Source: a virus. From it: DNA of 41,593 bases. The notes under the pieces are model-generated. The model saw only the letters and a list, made by a program, of their open reading frames with translations, searched no databases and was not told the origin of the DNA. Of the stretch, positions 7,818 to 17,905 are shown piece after piece. The stretch is taken from IMG/VR virus record IMGVR_UViG_3300045988_166413, one strand, 5' to 3'. Each line of letters begins with the position of its first letter. The stretch's first letter is position 1. The translations under genes and the position numbers were made by a program.

Positions 7818-8576
7818 TTAAATTAATTTAAATTCAATACTTGCTTCATTTCCACTCATATCTTTTAAAATTAAAATATTGTTACCTTCTTTACAGCCTT
7901 TAAATTCTTTTGTAATATTATTAATATCTCCCCATTGACTTTGTGAAACAGTTCCGCCATTTACTCCATTTACTGTATATCCAGCCAAAGCAACATTGTC
8001 ATAAATCTTAAAACTTATCTTACTGTAGCCGTTTGTGGCATCTCCGACAGTTTCGTTCTCTCCGTCTTTTATTGTTATTTCTGGAGGTATATCGTCAAAT
8101 ATTACATATTCGTGAGCTGAATTATTTATATCTGCATTTGTTAGTTTAACACCAACATTTCCTGATGAGTCAGCATATCCATAAACTTCAATTTGAATTT
8201 CGCCTACAGCTAAATGCAAATCTTCTGTTAAATCACAATCTGCATAATATGCGAATAAGCCATTACTAGAACTTAAAGGTCTATATGTAGCAGTATATTC
8301 TTTGTTTGCAATTTTTACTTTAGGCTCCACTGCCAGTTGTTCTGAAAAATATATAAGAACTCGAACACTATCTCCAATTTTTGCATAATGTGTATCTCTA
8401 GTTTCTCCAGCATTATTATTTCTGACAATTCCAAGCGAATTATAGGCAGGCGCTACTGTATCTCCTTCTCTTTTAAATACAATTTCTCCATTTTTTGCAA
8501 ATCCATTAACTTTACTTCCGTTTATATAAAAATTACTTACTTTTGTTCCATTTATTGCTGTCCCCATTTTTAACAC
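7818..8576 (-). CDS. Baseplate/tail protein with Ig-like domains
   Basis: Paralogous to 4919-5728 across the Ig-like region (AKIGDSVRV...EIQIEVYGYADSSGNVG). Confidence 0.6.
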   Translation of the reverse strand: MLKMGTAINGTKVSNFYINGSKVNGFAKNGEIVFKREGDTVAPAYNSLGIVRNNNAGETRDTHYAKIGDSVRVLIYFSEQLAVEPKVKIANKEYTATYRPLSSSNGLFAYYADCDLTEDLHLAVGEIQIEVYGYADSSGNVGVKLTNADINNSAHEYVIFDDIPPEITIKDGENETVGDATNGYSKISFKIYDNVALAGYTVNGVNGGTVSQSQWGDINNITKEFKGCKEGNNILILKDMSGNEASIEFKLI

Positions 8577-8846
8577 CTACCAATAATAAATATTATTAGG
8601 ATTTGCTGCACTTTGAGATATTGCGGTTTGTTCATCTGTTACTTTTACACAATTTATACTTGTTCCTGCTGGACCAGCTGGACCTTGTTGTCCATCTTGT
8701 CCATTTTCACCTTTATCGCCTTTGAATTTTGCTCTTGCATTCGCTACTGTAATTCTTTTAGTTTCGGAATTTTGAACAATTGGAAAAATGTCATTATCTT
8801 GTAATTGAGTAGCTTCAGTTAATTCAGTTATTTTTTTATCTGCCAT
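8577..8846 (-). CDS. Collagen-like tail protein
   Basis: G-x-y repeats GDKGENGQDGQQGPAGPAG after KITELTEATQLQDNDIFPI. Confidence 0.65.
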   Translation of the reverse strand: MADKKITELTEATQLQDNDIFPIVQNSETKRITVANARAKFKGDKGENGQDGQQGPAGPAGTSINCVKVTDEQTAISQSAANPNNIYYW

Positions 8847-8857
8847 ATTTTTCTCCT

Positions 8858-9043
8858 TTATTCTAAAACTAATTTTTCATTATTTTCTGTATTTAAAACA
8901 TTATTATCTTCTGTTAATATTCTAGAAGTTCCTATAACTTTTATTTTCAACTTAAATTTAGAGTTTGTATAAATTTTAGAAGGCTCTATATTTATTGATT
9001 CGAAAAAAATATCTCTTTCTTCCATTAAATACACTTCCTCCAT
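8858..9043 (-). CDS. Hypothetical small tail-module protein
   Basis: Co-directional ORF, 19-bp overlap with the upstream gene. Confidence 0.4.
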   Translation of the reverse strand: MEEVYLMEERDIFFESINIEPSKIYTNSKFKLKIKVIGTSRILTEDNNVLNTENNEKLVLE

Positions 9044-10119
9044 TTTCCATCTTTTTTAATTACAAAAACTGCTTTTTTAGGTGTTTCATCTGCTATGTAA
9101 TATATTACTTTCGCCCTTTTTCTTATTTGGTTCTGAGTATAATAATGAGCTGTCATTTGGTTACCGTTAAATGTGCATTGCACTTTTTTAGAACTTGACC
9201 AATCTTGATTCTCATTGTTTGTTATTAAAATAAATTCTATAGTTGTTTTATTAAAAGTTGTTAAAGCTTTATATAATTTGTCTAAATCATCTTGAGTAAA
9301 CGTGAATACCAAATTATTTGATTCTAAAGCTCTGCGTTCTACTATCACATTTTCTCCAACCTTTATCGTCAAATAATTCCACCAATTTGATTCATTTGTT
9401 TTTGTTATATTAACAACATCTCCAAAAAAGAAATCGCTTAAGCTTGTAAATCTTGCAATATCTAATGTTCTTGCATTAAATATATTAGAATACGTATCTA
9501 TTCCATTTACTGTAGCTTTTAATTGTATTGTATAATTTGTATTCGGAGTTAATCCTGCTACTGCAAAGGTTGCTTCTTTACTCCAATCTCCCCACCAAGG
9601 GCTAATATTTTGCCAACCTCCACCATTTAGACTATATTGCATTGCACTAACATTTTTATCAAGATTATAATAAACATCAAAATGTTCCAGATTCGCATTT
9701 TGAATATCTATAGATAAGAAGTTAGCTTGTCTTGCTATTTGTGTTAACCATACATTTGCTTTTGCTTCTCCCCAAAGCGGTCCATACCCTGAACCACTTG
9801 GCAAATCTCCAGATGCTGCAATTTCGATATTTAAACTTCCATCCCAATTATGTCCAATGTTGTCTACCGTAGCACTTACAAGTTGTACAACGGTACCTGG
9901 GCTTAAGCTTATATTTAATGTATTACTAAACTCTCTTCCAGCAATCCATAATCTTTGTGTTTTATTATTCGCCCAAGAAGTATGAGAGTTACACCTTATA
10001 TATGAAGTAGCTCTTACAGAAGATGTATTAGCCTGTTGATTAATATTAAATTCTTCCCATTCTATATAGTATTCGTAAGCTTCATTATGTTGCGTTACAT
10101 AACCGTTTATTCTAGCCAT
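9025..10119 (-). CDS. Putative minor structural/receptor-binding protein (fibronectin-III-like region)
   Basis: ATFAVAGLTPNTNYTIQLKATVNGIDTYSNIFNARTL pattern; baseplate context. Confidence 0.55.
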   Translation of the reverse strand: MARINGYVTQHNEAYEYYIEWEEFNINQQANTSSVRATSYIRCNSHTSWANNKTQRLWIAGREFSNTLNISLSPGTVVQLVSATVDNIGHNWDGSLNIEIAASGDLPSGSGYGPLWGEAKANVWLTQIARQANFLSIDIQNANLEHFDVYYNLDKNVSAMQYSLNGGGWQNISPWWGDWSKEATFAVAGLTPNTNYTIQLKATVNGIDTYSNIFNARTLDIARFTSLSDFFFGDVVNITKTNESNWWNYLTIKVGENVIVERRALESNNLVFTFTQDDLDKLYKALTTFNKTTIEFILITNNENQDWSSSKKVQCTFNGNQMTAHYYTQNQIRKRAKVIYYIADETPKKAVFVIKKDGKWRKCI

Positions 10120-10128
10120 TTAAGCCTC

Positions 10129-10767
10129 CTAATCAAAATAAACCAAGCCGATATCTCCCTCTTTTCCTTGAGAATCGTCGGCTTGGTTATGAAATATTTT
10201 CAATCTAGAATTTAAGAAATAAGCACTACCATCTTCTACTTTAGCTAATAATTCTTCTAATTCTGATAGTTTTACATTCCATTCTTGTTCAATGAAATCC
10301 CATATAGTATCAAAATCTAAAAATGTCCTTCTATCTTGAAAATCTGTAATACCACTTGAAGAAGTTCTAAATCTAGCTAATTCGTACTGATATGTTCCAG
10401 CATTGTTTTTTACAATGTTGTTTTGTGTTAGCGTTGGATAATTGCTAGCATTTTTAATTATTTTGTAGTCTGCCTGTAAGAAACTATCTGACGTATTGAC
10501 AGCATCAAGATTTATTTCCAACACTAAAGAACAATATTGACTATCTGTATCTGCTACAATATCCCTACCAGAATCTTCTTCTAGAAATCTTCCTTGTATG
10601 CAGATAGCCCCAGAAGCGATATGTATATTGCTTCCACTATACGTTATTGCCATTCCTTCTTTATAATTATTGCTAACTCCATTTCTTCCGTGTAAGAAAG
10701 TATTAATAAAAAGAGCAAATATTTGATTTCCAAATATCTGCTCCGAAAAAACATGTCCTTTTAACAT
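10129..10767 (-). CDS. Baseplate/tail protein
   Basis: Position between tail protein and fibre genes; AITYSGSNIHIASGAICIQGR. Confidence 0.5.
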   Translation of the reverse strand: MLKGHVFSEQIFGNQIFALFINTFLHGRNGVSNNYKEGMAITYSGSNIHIASGAICIQGRFLEEDSGRDIVADTDSQYCSLVLEINLDAVNTSDSFLQADYKIIKNASNYPTLTQNNIVKNNAGTYQYELARFRTSSSGITDFQDRRTFLDFDTIWDFIEQEWNVKLSELEELLAKVEDGSAYFLNSRLKIFHNQADDSQGKEGDIGLVYFD

Positions 10768-12464
10768 TACTTATTTTTCCTTTCCTTTTTTAGTTTATCT
10801 ATAAAGCTTATCCTTATATTTCCGCAAGTATATTTATAAAACTTGCTTCCTTTTTGTTTAGTAACTGCCGAAATGTATGTATCATAAATTAGAGATTCTT
10901 TTGTCTTAATCGTTATCGGTGTTCCGACTTTAATTTCTCTATCGTAATAATCAAATGTAACGTTGTGATTATATGCATTTCCTTTGAAAGTATCTAAAGC
11001 TTTTTGCTTTGCATCTTCTACGTTTTCCGCATACACTACTTCTGTTTTACCTTCTGCTCTATTTTTGTCTAACATATCTTCTGTTGTAGTTCTGTCTGTT
11101 TTTAAATATAATGTATATCTGCTACCATCTTTTGCTATTACTACTACTTTAGATACTACATCTGTTTCAAAAACTTCTGTATAGTTTGAAATTGGTTGAG
11201 CATTAACATCAATTAATTCTTTTTTAATTTCTTTATTCTCTATTTCAATTACTAGCTTTTTATTTTCTAAAAATACGTTATATGTAATATTATAATTTTG
11301 AGTACAGTTTGTCATGAATGTATGCAAATTGTATATATCATTTTGAACATCTACTATTGCAGGAACAGACACATCTAATTTAGTATGTGTTTTTACTCTT
11401 ATTTCTAGATAATCTCGATTCATTAATATATCTTCATTATTGATAAAGTTCTTATTAATTTGTTCTGCTATATAATCCTCGATACCTTCGTATCGCATTA
11501 TCTCTTCATCTATTTTTTCTAGTATCCATAATTCTTGCGTACTACCTTCTACATATTCCCATATTTCAACATTTCCACCATTTTCAGCTTTTCCATCTTG
11601 TAGATCAATAACAAAATTTGTGTTAGTTGTAAGATAAATTGCATATGTGTTTTCTGCTTTTTTGACAAATCTCCACTCTTGTGCAGGCCCGTTATTATCC
11701 TCCCACATATAAACATTTCTACCGTTTTCAAAAATCCCACCTACTACATCTACAAGCAAACCAGATTTAATGTTGGCGATTGCATAAGTTCCATTTTCAT
11801 TTTTAGTTATTTTGAATTTTTGTGCATTACTATTGTTAATTTCATAAACTTGTAAATTAGCTCCTACTTCTTGCGAATCATTTAATACATCAAATACAAA
11901 ATTATAATTTAGTTTACTGTGTATTCTATAGTAGCCTTCTTTAATATCGTTTGTATTTACTATATTTTGATTCAAAATTACGTTCTGATTAAACATATTA
12001 GTAATATATTTAATTATGTATTGGTATAATTTAGATCCATTTTCATTTTGAATTTCTTGAATAATTCCCCAATATTTTATTTCTGCATTTTCTTTTATCA
12101 TTACTATGTCGTTTGATTTTGCTGTTGTTTTCTTTAGTACGTTTACTGTAGTATTTGCGTTTGTTTCTTCGTCTATGTTAATTTCATAATTAGATAGTTC
12201 AACGATATCTTTAACACTAAAGTCTTTATAATCAAATATATACATATATGTATCGTCTGTTGTTATTTTAATTTGTTCCTGTTTTAATACTCTAATATCT
12301 ATATCTGTTGTATTTGTCGCATCTTCATCTGCGCAAGAAATTTGTGCGTTGTATATCCCACCAACATCTGGTGCAGTTAGTTCTACTTCATATTCGTCAG
12401 TTGTTTCGTTATATGTAGCATTGTATGATTTATTATTAAATTTAACTGTTACAATTCTTGCCAT
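10767..12464 (-). CDS. Tail protein (Gp37/tail-associated type) with inserted ricin-B-like lectin region
   Basis: Directly after Dit; internal ricin-like repeats QKFKITKNENGTYAI...NVYMWEDNNGPAQEWRFVKKAENTYAI...NVEIWEYVEGSTQELWIL. Confidence 0.7.
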   Translation of the reverse strand: MARIVTVKFNNKSYNATYNETTDEYEVELTAPDVGGIYNAQISCADEDATNTTDIDIRVLKQEQIKITTDDTYMYIFDYKDFSVKDIVELSNYEINIDEETNANTTVNVLKKTTAKSNDIVMIKENAEIKYWGIIQEIQNENGSKLYQYIIKYITNMFNQNVILNQNIVNTNDIKEGYYRIHSKLNYNFVFDVLNDSQEVGANLQVYEINNSNAQKFKITKNENGTYAIANIKSGLLVDVVGGIFENGRNVYMWEDNNGPAQEWRFVKKAENTYAIYLTTNTNFVIDLQDGKAENGGNVEIWEYVEGSTQELWILEKIDEEIMRYEGIEDYIAEQINKNFINNEDILMNRDYLEIRVKTHTKLDVSVPAIVDVQNDIYNLHTFMTNCTQNYNITYNVFLENKKLVIEIENKEIKKELIDVNAQPISNYTEVFETDVVSKVVVIAKDGSRYTLYLKTDRTTTEDMLDKNRAEGKTEVVYAENVEDAKQKALDTFKGNAYNHNVTFDYYDREIKVGTPITIKTKESLIYDTYISAVTKQKGSKFYKYTCGNIRISFIDKLKKERKNK

Positions 12465-12466
12465 AT

Positions 12467-13324
12467 CTAAACCACCTTATAATATGCGTAGACGCTAACT
12501 TCTGCATTTAGTATTTCATTATCTGCAGACATAATTAATTCACAAGATTTTCCTTTTGGAAATTTAATAACATTATTGTTGGAAGGATCTATATTGTCTA
12601 ATTCAAATAAATCTGTATAAGTGCCATCGGTGTTTTCCTTTCTAATATAGAAATTATTTCCTTGTGTACAATACTCAAATGTTTCATATTCTTTTAAATC
12701 TACATTTACTTCTATTTCTTGATAAACTTGTCCTTCAACTTTTAGAGTAAGTGTCGGATTTTCAACTGGGCCTTTAATCTTTATTAAAATGGGAGCTGGT
12801 ACATGTCCTTGATTAATGTATTCCAATGTTCTATTATTATAATCAACAAATTTACTATCCCATTTGAAATCCCATCGAATTTCATTAGCCTGCGCAGATG
12901 TAGAATATATAGTTTTATTCTCTTCATACCACAAGCTTAAACAATCAAATGTGATTGGACATTTTAGTATTCCATCTACATCTATTTGCCCTTTTCCAAT
13001 ACTTTGTATATTTACATCTTTTAAGTATTCTTTGATTGGAAGATTTTTATATGGTATTTTATATCCAAACCTTAATTTTTCAGAGCTTTCTATATAATCT
13101 ACAAAACTTTTATAATTATCGTAGCAACTAAAATTGGCTGTTCCTGTTATTTGTCCTTGACCAACATTTCTTAAAGTTTCGAAAAAGGAATTTCCTATTT
13201 GTTCATATGTAGTATTGTAAGAATATCCTAGCCCGTCTGGTTCGGACAGAAAACAAGAATTATATAAATCCATTAAATTAAATTCTTGTCCTTTTTCATT
13301 TATAATTCTAAATTGTCTTACCAT
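12467..13324 (-). CDS. Distal tail protein (Dit family)
   Basis: Position downstream of the tape measure; N-term RQFRIINEKGQEFNLMD...GLGYSYNTTYEQIG. Confidence 0.75.
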   Translation of the reverse strand: MVRQFRIINEKGQEFNLMDLYNSCFLSEPDGLGYSYNTTYEQIGNSFFETLRNVGQGQITGTANFSCYDNYKSFVDYIESSEKLRFGYKIPYKNLPIKEYLKDVNIQSIGKGQIDVDGILKCPITFDCLSLWYEENKTIYSTSAQANEIRWDFKWDSKFVDYNNRTLEYINQGHVPAPILIKIKGPVENPTLTLKVEGQVYQEIEVNVDLKEYETFEYCTQGNNFYIRKENTDGTYTDLFELDNIDPSNNNVIKFPKGKSCELIMSADNEILNAEVSVYAYYKVV

Positions 13325-13349
13325 TTTTTCCTCCAGTTAAGAATAAAAA

Positions 13350-13372
13350 AAGAACAGTCAAAAACTGCTCTT
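13350..13372 (-). terminator. Rho-independent terminator 1 after the moron
   Basis: Minus strand AAGAGCAGT-TTTTG-ACTGTTCTT followed by a T-run. Confidence 0.7.
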
Positions 13373-13418
13373 TTATCGTATTTTTAAGGTATATAATTAC
13401 TCTAATAATAAAATAAAA

Positions 13419-13445
13419 CGGCTTAAAATCTATTCTCGTAAGCCG
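13419..13445 (-). terminator. Rho-independent terminator 2 after the moron
   Basis: Minus strand CGGCTTA...TAAGCCG followed by TTTTATTTTATT. Confidence 0.75.
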
Positions 13446-13460
13446 CTTTTTTTGATGCTT

Positions 13461-14426
13461 TTAATTTATTTCTATATATTTTCCTTTTATATAAGGTAAT
13501 GTAACAGAAGCACCTATTGTACTTGTATAAGTATATTCTCCGTCAGAAGTTCCATATATTGTTATTATATCATCTTCTAAAATTTTATCTTCGCCTTCTT
13601 CTGGAGTATATGTAACATATATTGTATCTGTATAATATGTAGTATAATTTCCTTCTTTTGTAATATTTACTCTTAAACTAACACTACCATAGCCATAAAG
13701 TGCTTGAATTACTTCTCCAGTAACTTTAACGTTTGTTCCTTTGAAGTTATCTGGATTCCTTGCCATTTGTTCAAACGTGTATGTTTGACAACTAGATTTA
13801 AAATCTTTTTCTTCTTGTTCTTTTGCTATTCTTTCTTGTTCTTCTTTATTCTTTTTTTCTTCATTTACTATTTTTGAAAAAGCTACATTTAAATCGTTTT
13901 GTACATCATTTACATATTTTAACTCTAATTTACTATTTGTACAACCAGCTAAATCATATTCGCTTTTAAGTTCGCACACTAAATTTTGCTCATTCTTTGT
14001 TACTTTGTATTCATATCTATCAATATTGTGTTCATCTCGTATTAAAAAATAATAAGCTCCATTGTCTGTTTCGTTATATCCACAAATTCCTTCATACTCG
14101 ATAGGTGTTGTCGAAGTATTAAATTGACTTGATCTATTATATTTTATCTTACATACTCCGTTTTCAAATTCTATAGCACCAGTTGCATTATAAGTATATC
14201 CTGCTCCATTGTCACTATCTAAAATAAAAGTATATATTCCATCATAATCTTGAGTTGCTTGATATTTTTTTTCTTCTGCTTTATTTGAATCTGTTAAATT
14301 ATTCTCTACTATATTGTTGTCTAAATTTTCATTTTTTTGTTGTCCAAAAATCAATGCAATAATTATTATGATTACAAATATTATCCAAAACCACTTCTTT
14401 TCATAAAATTTCTTTTCTTGTTCCAT
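13461..14426 (-). CDS. Membrane-anchored protein with C-terminal OB-fold-like region (moron candidate)
   Basis: N-terminal TM WFWIIFVIIIIIALIF; C-term FEQMARNPDNFKGTNVKVTGEVIQ...EDDIITIYGTSDG. Confidence 0.6.
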   Translation of the reverse strand: MEQEKKFYEKKWFWIIFVIIIIIALIFGQQKNENLDNNIVENNLTDSNKAEEKKYQATQDYDGIYTFILDSDNGAGYTYNATGAIEFENGVCKIKYNRSSQFNTSTTPIEYEGICGYNETDNGAYYFLIRDEHNIDRYEYKVTKNEQNLVCELKSEYDLAGCTNSKLELKYVNDVQNDLNVAFSKIVNEEKKNKEEQERIAKEQEEKDFKSSCQTYTFEQMARNPDNFKGTNVKVTGEVIQALYGYGSVSLRVNITKEGNYTTYYTDTIYVTYTPEEGEDKILEDDIITIYGTSDGEYTYTSTIGASVTLPYIKGKYIEIN

Positions 14427-14482
14427 ACAATCCCCTCCGAAGGAATTATATACAACTTTAAGTTATTTGTAAAGTTTAATAT

Positions 14483-17400
14483 TTAATATTTGCTTCCAAA
14501 TTTTCTATTAATATAATTAAAACATTGTTCAAGTTTCGCTTCATCTAACTCTTGTACATTAAAAACAATTTGAGGAGTGGTAAATATCATTTTTGATTCA
14601 TCGGCTACTCTACTTATTATTCTTCCTTGTTTTGATTGAATAGCATTAAATAACTCTGCATACTTGCTTTTTACATTTATATTTTCCAACTTGCTTTTTA
14701 TTTTTTCACTCATATTATCTATTTGATTATAAATATTTTTTTCTTCATCTTCTAAACCTTTTTCAGATCCTAGCATTACCATCTTAAATATTTTTCTTGT
14801 TTCTCTAGAAGGTGAGTGTATATCAAAGGATTTTTTTAGTCTAGATAAAATTCCATCTGCAATTCCTTGTGCTTTTGCAAATAGTGTTGGTTCTTTTGAT
14901 TGCATTTCTGTTAACATTGGCTCCATTGCGTTTTTCATTGCTTCTTGGGTTTCTTTTGGCATACTATCATAAGAAGCAATTATTTGGTTTACTAAATTAC
15001 TTGTTTCTTCGTCTATTTCTCCACCATACATTTCAGTTTGTGCTACCATTGCTAGCCAAGTTCCTAATTCTTTTTCTTGCTCTTCAGACATGTTTTTATA
15101 CATATCTTTCCAAATATCTTTCATGTTTTCTTTGTATCTATAATTTTCATTTGATATTGCTTGGTTCTTATTTGATGTTGTAAGTAATTTATTGTTTTCA
15201 AAACTTTCTATTGCTCCGTTATGTCTGTTTGTTTCCTCTTCTACCTTACTGTTATACTCTTGAAGTTTTGTATAGAATCCTTCATTTTGTTGAGCTCTTT
15301 GTAAATATCCATTTGCATATGCTGCATTTACTTGTGCAACCTCATCATTTGCTTCTTGTATTGCTGTATTTTTTTGTTGCATAATTCTATTATATTCATT
15401 TGCATATGCTTCATTATCTAATGTAGCTTTTTCTCCATATCTTTGTTGTAATAAAGCTATCTCTTGAGTAGTTCTTTCATTTATTATTCCAATCTCTTTT
15501 GAAGCTTGTTCTTGAGCTGTTTTTATCCATTCTTGCGAATTTACTTTATATTCTTCTAAATTTCCTTGAAAACTCTGTGCATTTTGCACAGCTTGTTGAG
15601 TAATAGCCGAAGAAATATTCTTTTGTATTTCTAGTTCTCTATCTTTTAATTCTTTTAATTTAGCAAAATATTCGTCTAATTGTGTTATTTCTTCTTGAGT
15701 GTAATCTCTACGTTCATTTGATGCTGTTTTACATATTTCAGTTATTCCATTTTGTACTTCTTGCATATTTTGCTCTAGTTTCGTTTGCTCCTCTGAACTA
15801 GCAAATAATGTTGTATTAAATTCATCTAAATGAGATTTTGCACTAGAAATTCCTGTAACAAAATCTGTTGCACCACTTCCAACATTAGATAAAGAATTTT
15901 TCGTTTCCTCTTCTGCTTTGTTTATTTGATATATAATTGCTGCAACTCCAGTAGTAATCGCTGCCACTGCAATTCCCATAGGACTTGCTATTGCACCAAT
16001 TCCTTTCGCTAACATGTTTGCGCTGTTATTAGTAGATTCAACACCTGTCTTTAATACACCTACAGCTTGTGAAAAAGTTCCTATAGATTTTACAACCGTT
16101 CCTACTCCATTTCCTAATTTACTTATTATTTTTACAGCTGGACCAATTGCTGCAACTAAAGCAACTGTTTTTATTACGTTTTTCTTTTCCTCGTCCGATA
16201 AATTTACAAATTCATCAACTAAATTTTGTATCCAACTTGCTAAATCTTTAATGTATGGAGATAATTCCTTTTGAATTGCAATACCTGCGCTTTCTAATGA
16301 ACCACTTAAGCTTTCTAATGCTCCTGCAGTATTATCTAACATAGTGTCAGCCATTTCTGAAGCTGCTCCATCAGCATCTTCAAAAGATTTTGTCATATTA
16401 GACAATTCGTCAGAACCTCTATTTACAAGAGCTAGCATTCCAGATAATGCTTCTGTACCAAATATTTGTGCAAGGGCTTGATTTTTTGTTTCATCTGTTA
16501 ATCCTGCTGTACTCTTTTGCAATGCTTCCACTATTTCTGTTAAGGATTTCATTGTACCATCAGAATTATAAAATTCTATATTTAATTGTTCCATAGCCTC
16601 TTTCACTTGCTTTGTTGGTTTTACAATTCTAACTAATCCACTTCTTAATGTTGTACCTGCTTGACTTCCTTTTATTCCAGCATCAGACATAATACCTATG
16701 GCTGCTGCTGTTTCTTCAATTGATAGTCCAACTGTCTTCGCAACTGGTGCTACATATTTCATTGCTTCTCCCATGTCTTCTGTTTGAGCATTTGTCCTTG
16801 CTGCTGCTTCTGCAAATACGTCTGCTACATGTGCTGATTCATTAGCTTCTAGTCCAAATCCTCTAATTGCACTAGCCGCAATTTCTGATGCTGTTGCAAG
16901 TTCTGCACCACTTGATGCTGCTAAATCTAGTAAGCCAGGCATTGCTTCCATTATTTCAGATGTTGTAAAGCCTGCACTTGCTAAATTTTCCATTCCAGAT
17001 GCTACTTCTGATGCACTGAAACTAGTAGAAGCTCCTAAATCTATAGCTTGATTCGTTAATTGTTCTAATTCGTCTTTAGTTGCACCTGATATAGCTTGTA
17101 CTCTTGACATTTGTTTTTCAAAGTCATTTCCTGTAGTTACTGCTGCAGTTCCAATTGCCAATATAGGTAATGTTAAAGATGTTGTTAATTTACTTCCTAC
17201 ACTATCTATTTTACTTGATATATTAGTAAATTTATTTCCAAACTCTTCTAGCTTTTTCCCTGCTTCGTTCCATTTGCTTGCTTGTAATTGTAGTTGTTTT
17301 AGTTTATTTTCTGTGCTTGCAATTTCTCTCTGAAGGTTTCTATAATTTTCTGGAGAAACTTTGCTCATATCATTGTTAGCTTCTTCTTGTATCTTTTTTA

Positions 17401-17623
17401 ATTGCGATAATTTTTCAGAAGTTGTTTCTATTGCTTCAGATAATATTTCTTGTTTCTGACTTAATAACTCTGTATTTTTTGGGTCTAACTTTAATAAGGA
17501 ATTTACTCCTCTTAATTCTTTAGTTAAACTAGATGTAGCAGAATTTACTTTACTTATTGCTTTTTGTAACCCTGATGTATCTCCGCCTATTTCAACGATA
17601 ATGCCTTTTATACTGCCTGCCAT
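14483..17623 (-). CDS. Tail tape measure protein, TP901 type
   Basis: 1046 aa; MSRVQAISGATKDELEQLTNQAIDLGASTSFSASEVASGMENLASAGF. Confidence 0.95.
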   Translation of the reverse strand: MAGSIKGIIVEIGGDTSGLQKAISKVNSATSSLTKELRGVNSLLKLDPKNTELLSQKQEILSEAIETTSEKLSQLKKIQEEANNDMSKVSPENYRNLQREIASTENKLKQLQLQASKWNEAGKKLEEFGNKFTNISSKIDSVGSKLTTSLTLPILAIGTAAVTTGNDFEKQMSRVQAISGATKDELEQLTNQAIDLGASTSFSASEVASGMENLASAGFTTSEIMEAMPGLLDLAASSGAELATASEIAASAIRGFGLEANESAHVADVFAEAAARTNAQTEDMGEAMKYVAPVAKTVGLSIEETAAAIGIMSDAGIKGSQAGTTLRSGLVRIVKPTKQVKEAMEQLNIEFYNSDGTMKSLTEIVEALQKSTAGLTDETKNQALAQIFGTEALSGMLALVNRGSDELSNMTKSFEDADGAASEMADTMLDNTAGALESLSGSLESAGIAIQKELSPYIKDLASWIQNLVDEFVNLSDEEKKNVIKTVALVAAIGPAVKIISKLGNGVGTVVKSIGTFSQAVGVLKTGVESTNNSANMLAKGIGAIASPMGIAVAAITTGVAAIIYQINKAEEETKNSLSNVGSGATDFVTGISSAKSHLDEFNTTLFASSEEQTKLEQNMQEVQNGITEICKTASNERRDYTQEEITQLDEYFAKLKELKDRELEIQKNISSAITQQAVQNAQSFQGNLEEYKVNSQEWIKTAQEQASKEIGIINERTTQEIALLQQRYGEKATLDNEAYANEYNRIMQQKNTAIQEANDEVAQVNAAYANGYLQRAQQNEGFYTKLQEYNSKVEEETNRHNGAIESFENNKLLTTSNKNQAISNENYRYKENMKDIWKDMYKNMSEEQEKELGTWLAMVAQTEMYGGEIDEETSNLVNQIIASYDSMPKETQEAMKNAMEPMLTEMQSKEPTLFAKAQGIADGILSRLKKSFDIHSPSRETRKIFKMVMLGSEKGLEDEEKNIYNQIDNMSEKIKSKLENINVKSKYAELFNAIQSKQGRIISRVADESKMIFTTPQIVFNVQELDEAKLEQCFNYINRKFGSKY

Positions 17624-17632
17624 ATTATCCTC

Positions 17633-17905
17633 CTACATTCTTGCAACTAATTGATTAATTTCTTCTTGCGTAGCTTTTCTTACTCCATTTTTTGTTTTAT
17701 CTTTATCTTTTTGTAAAAATGATATAAATATTTTTAAAATATCTACATATGTCAATTCTTTTAAATCTTCTATAGTTAGTCCTATTTTTAATGCTGTAGC
17801 AAAAAAATCATGTTCTGGGAATTTTAAATTTATTTCTTCTTCACTTTTAACTATTTTTTTTAATTCTTTAATAGCTTCTTCATCCACAAAAGTTATCGAC
17901 GGCAA
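17633..17905 (-). CDS. Tail assembly chaperone, downstream (T) part; TTG start or reached by +1 frameshift
   Basis: Overlaps the upstream chaperone by 26 bp in another frame, immediately before the tape measure gene. Confidence 0.65.
   Translation of the reverse strand: MPSITFVDEEAIKELKKIVKSEEEINLKFPEHDFFATALKIGLTIEDLKELTYVDILKIFISFLQKDKDKTKNGVRKATQEEINQLVARM

Noticed and set aside
11549-11740. Minus-strand ORF inside the ricin-like region
   Set aside because: Alternate frame of the 10767-12464 gene with no independent support.
14869-16274. Plus-strand ORFs 14869-15183 and 16014-16274
   Set aside because: Antisense to the tape measure gene; low-complexity Leu/Phe content typical of shadow ORFs.
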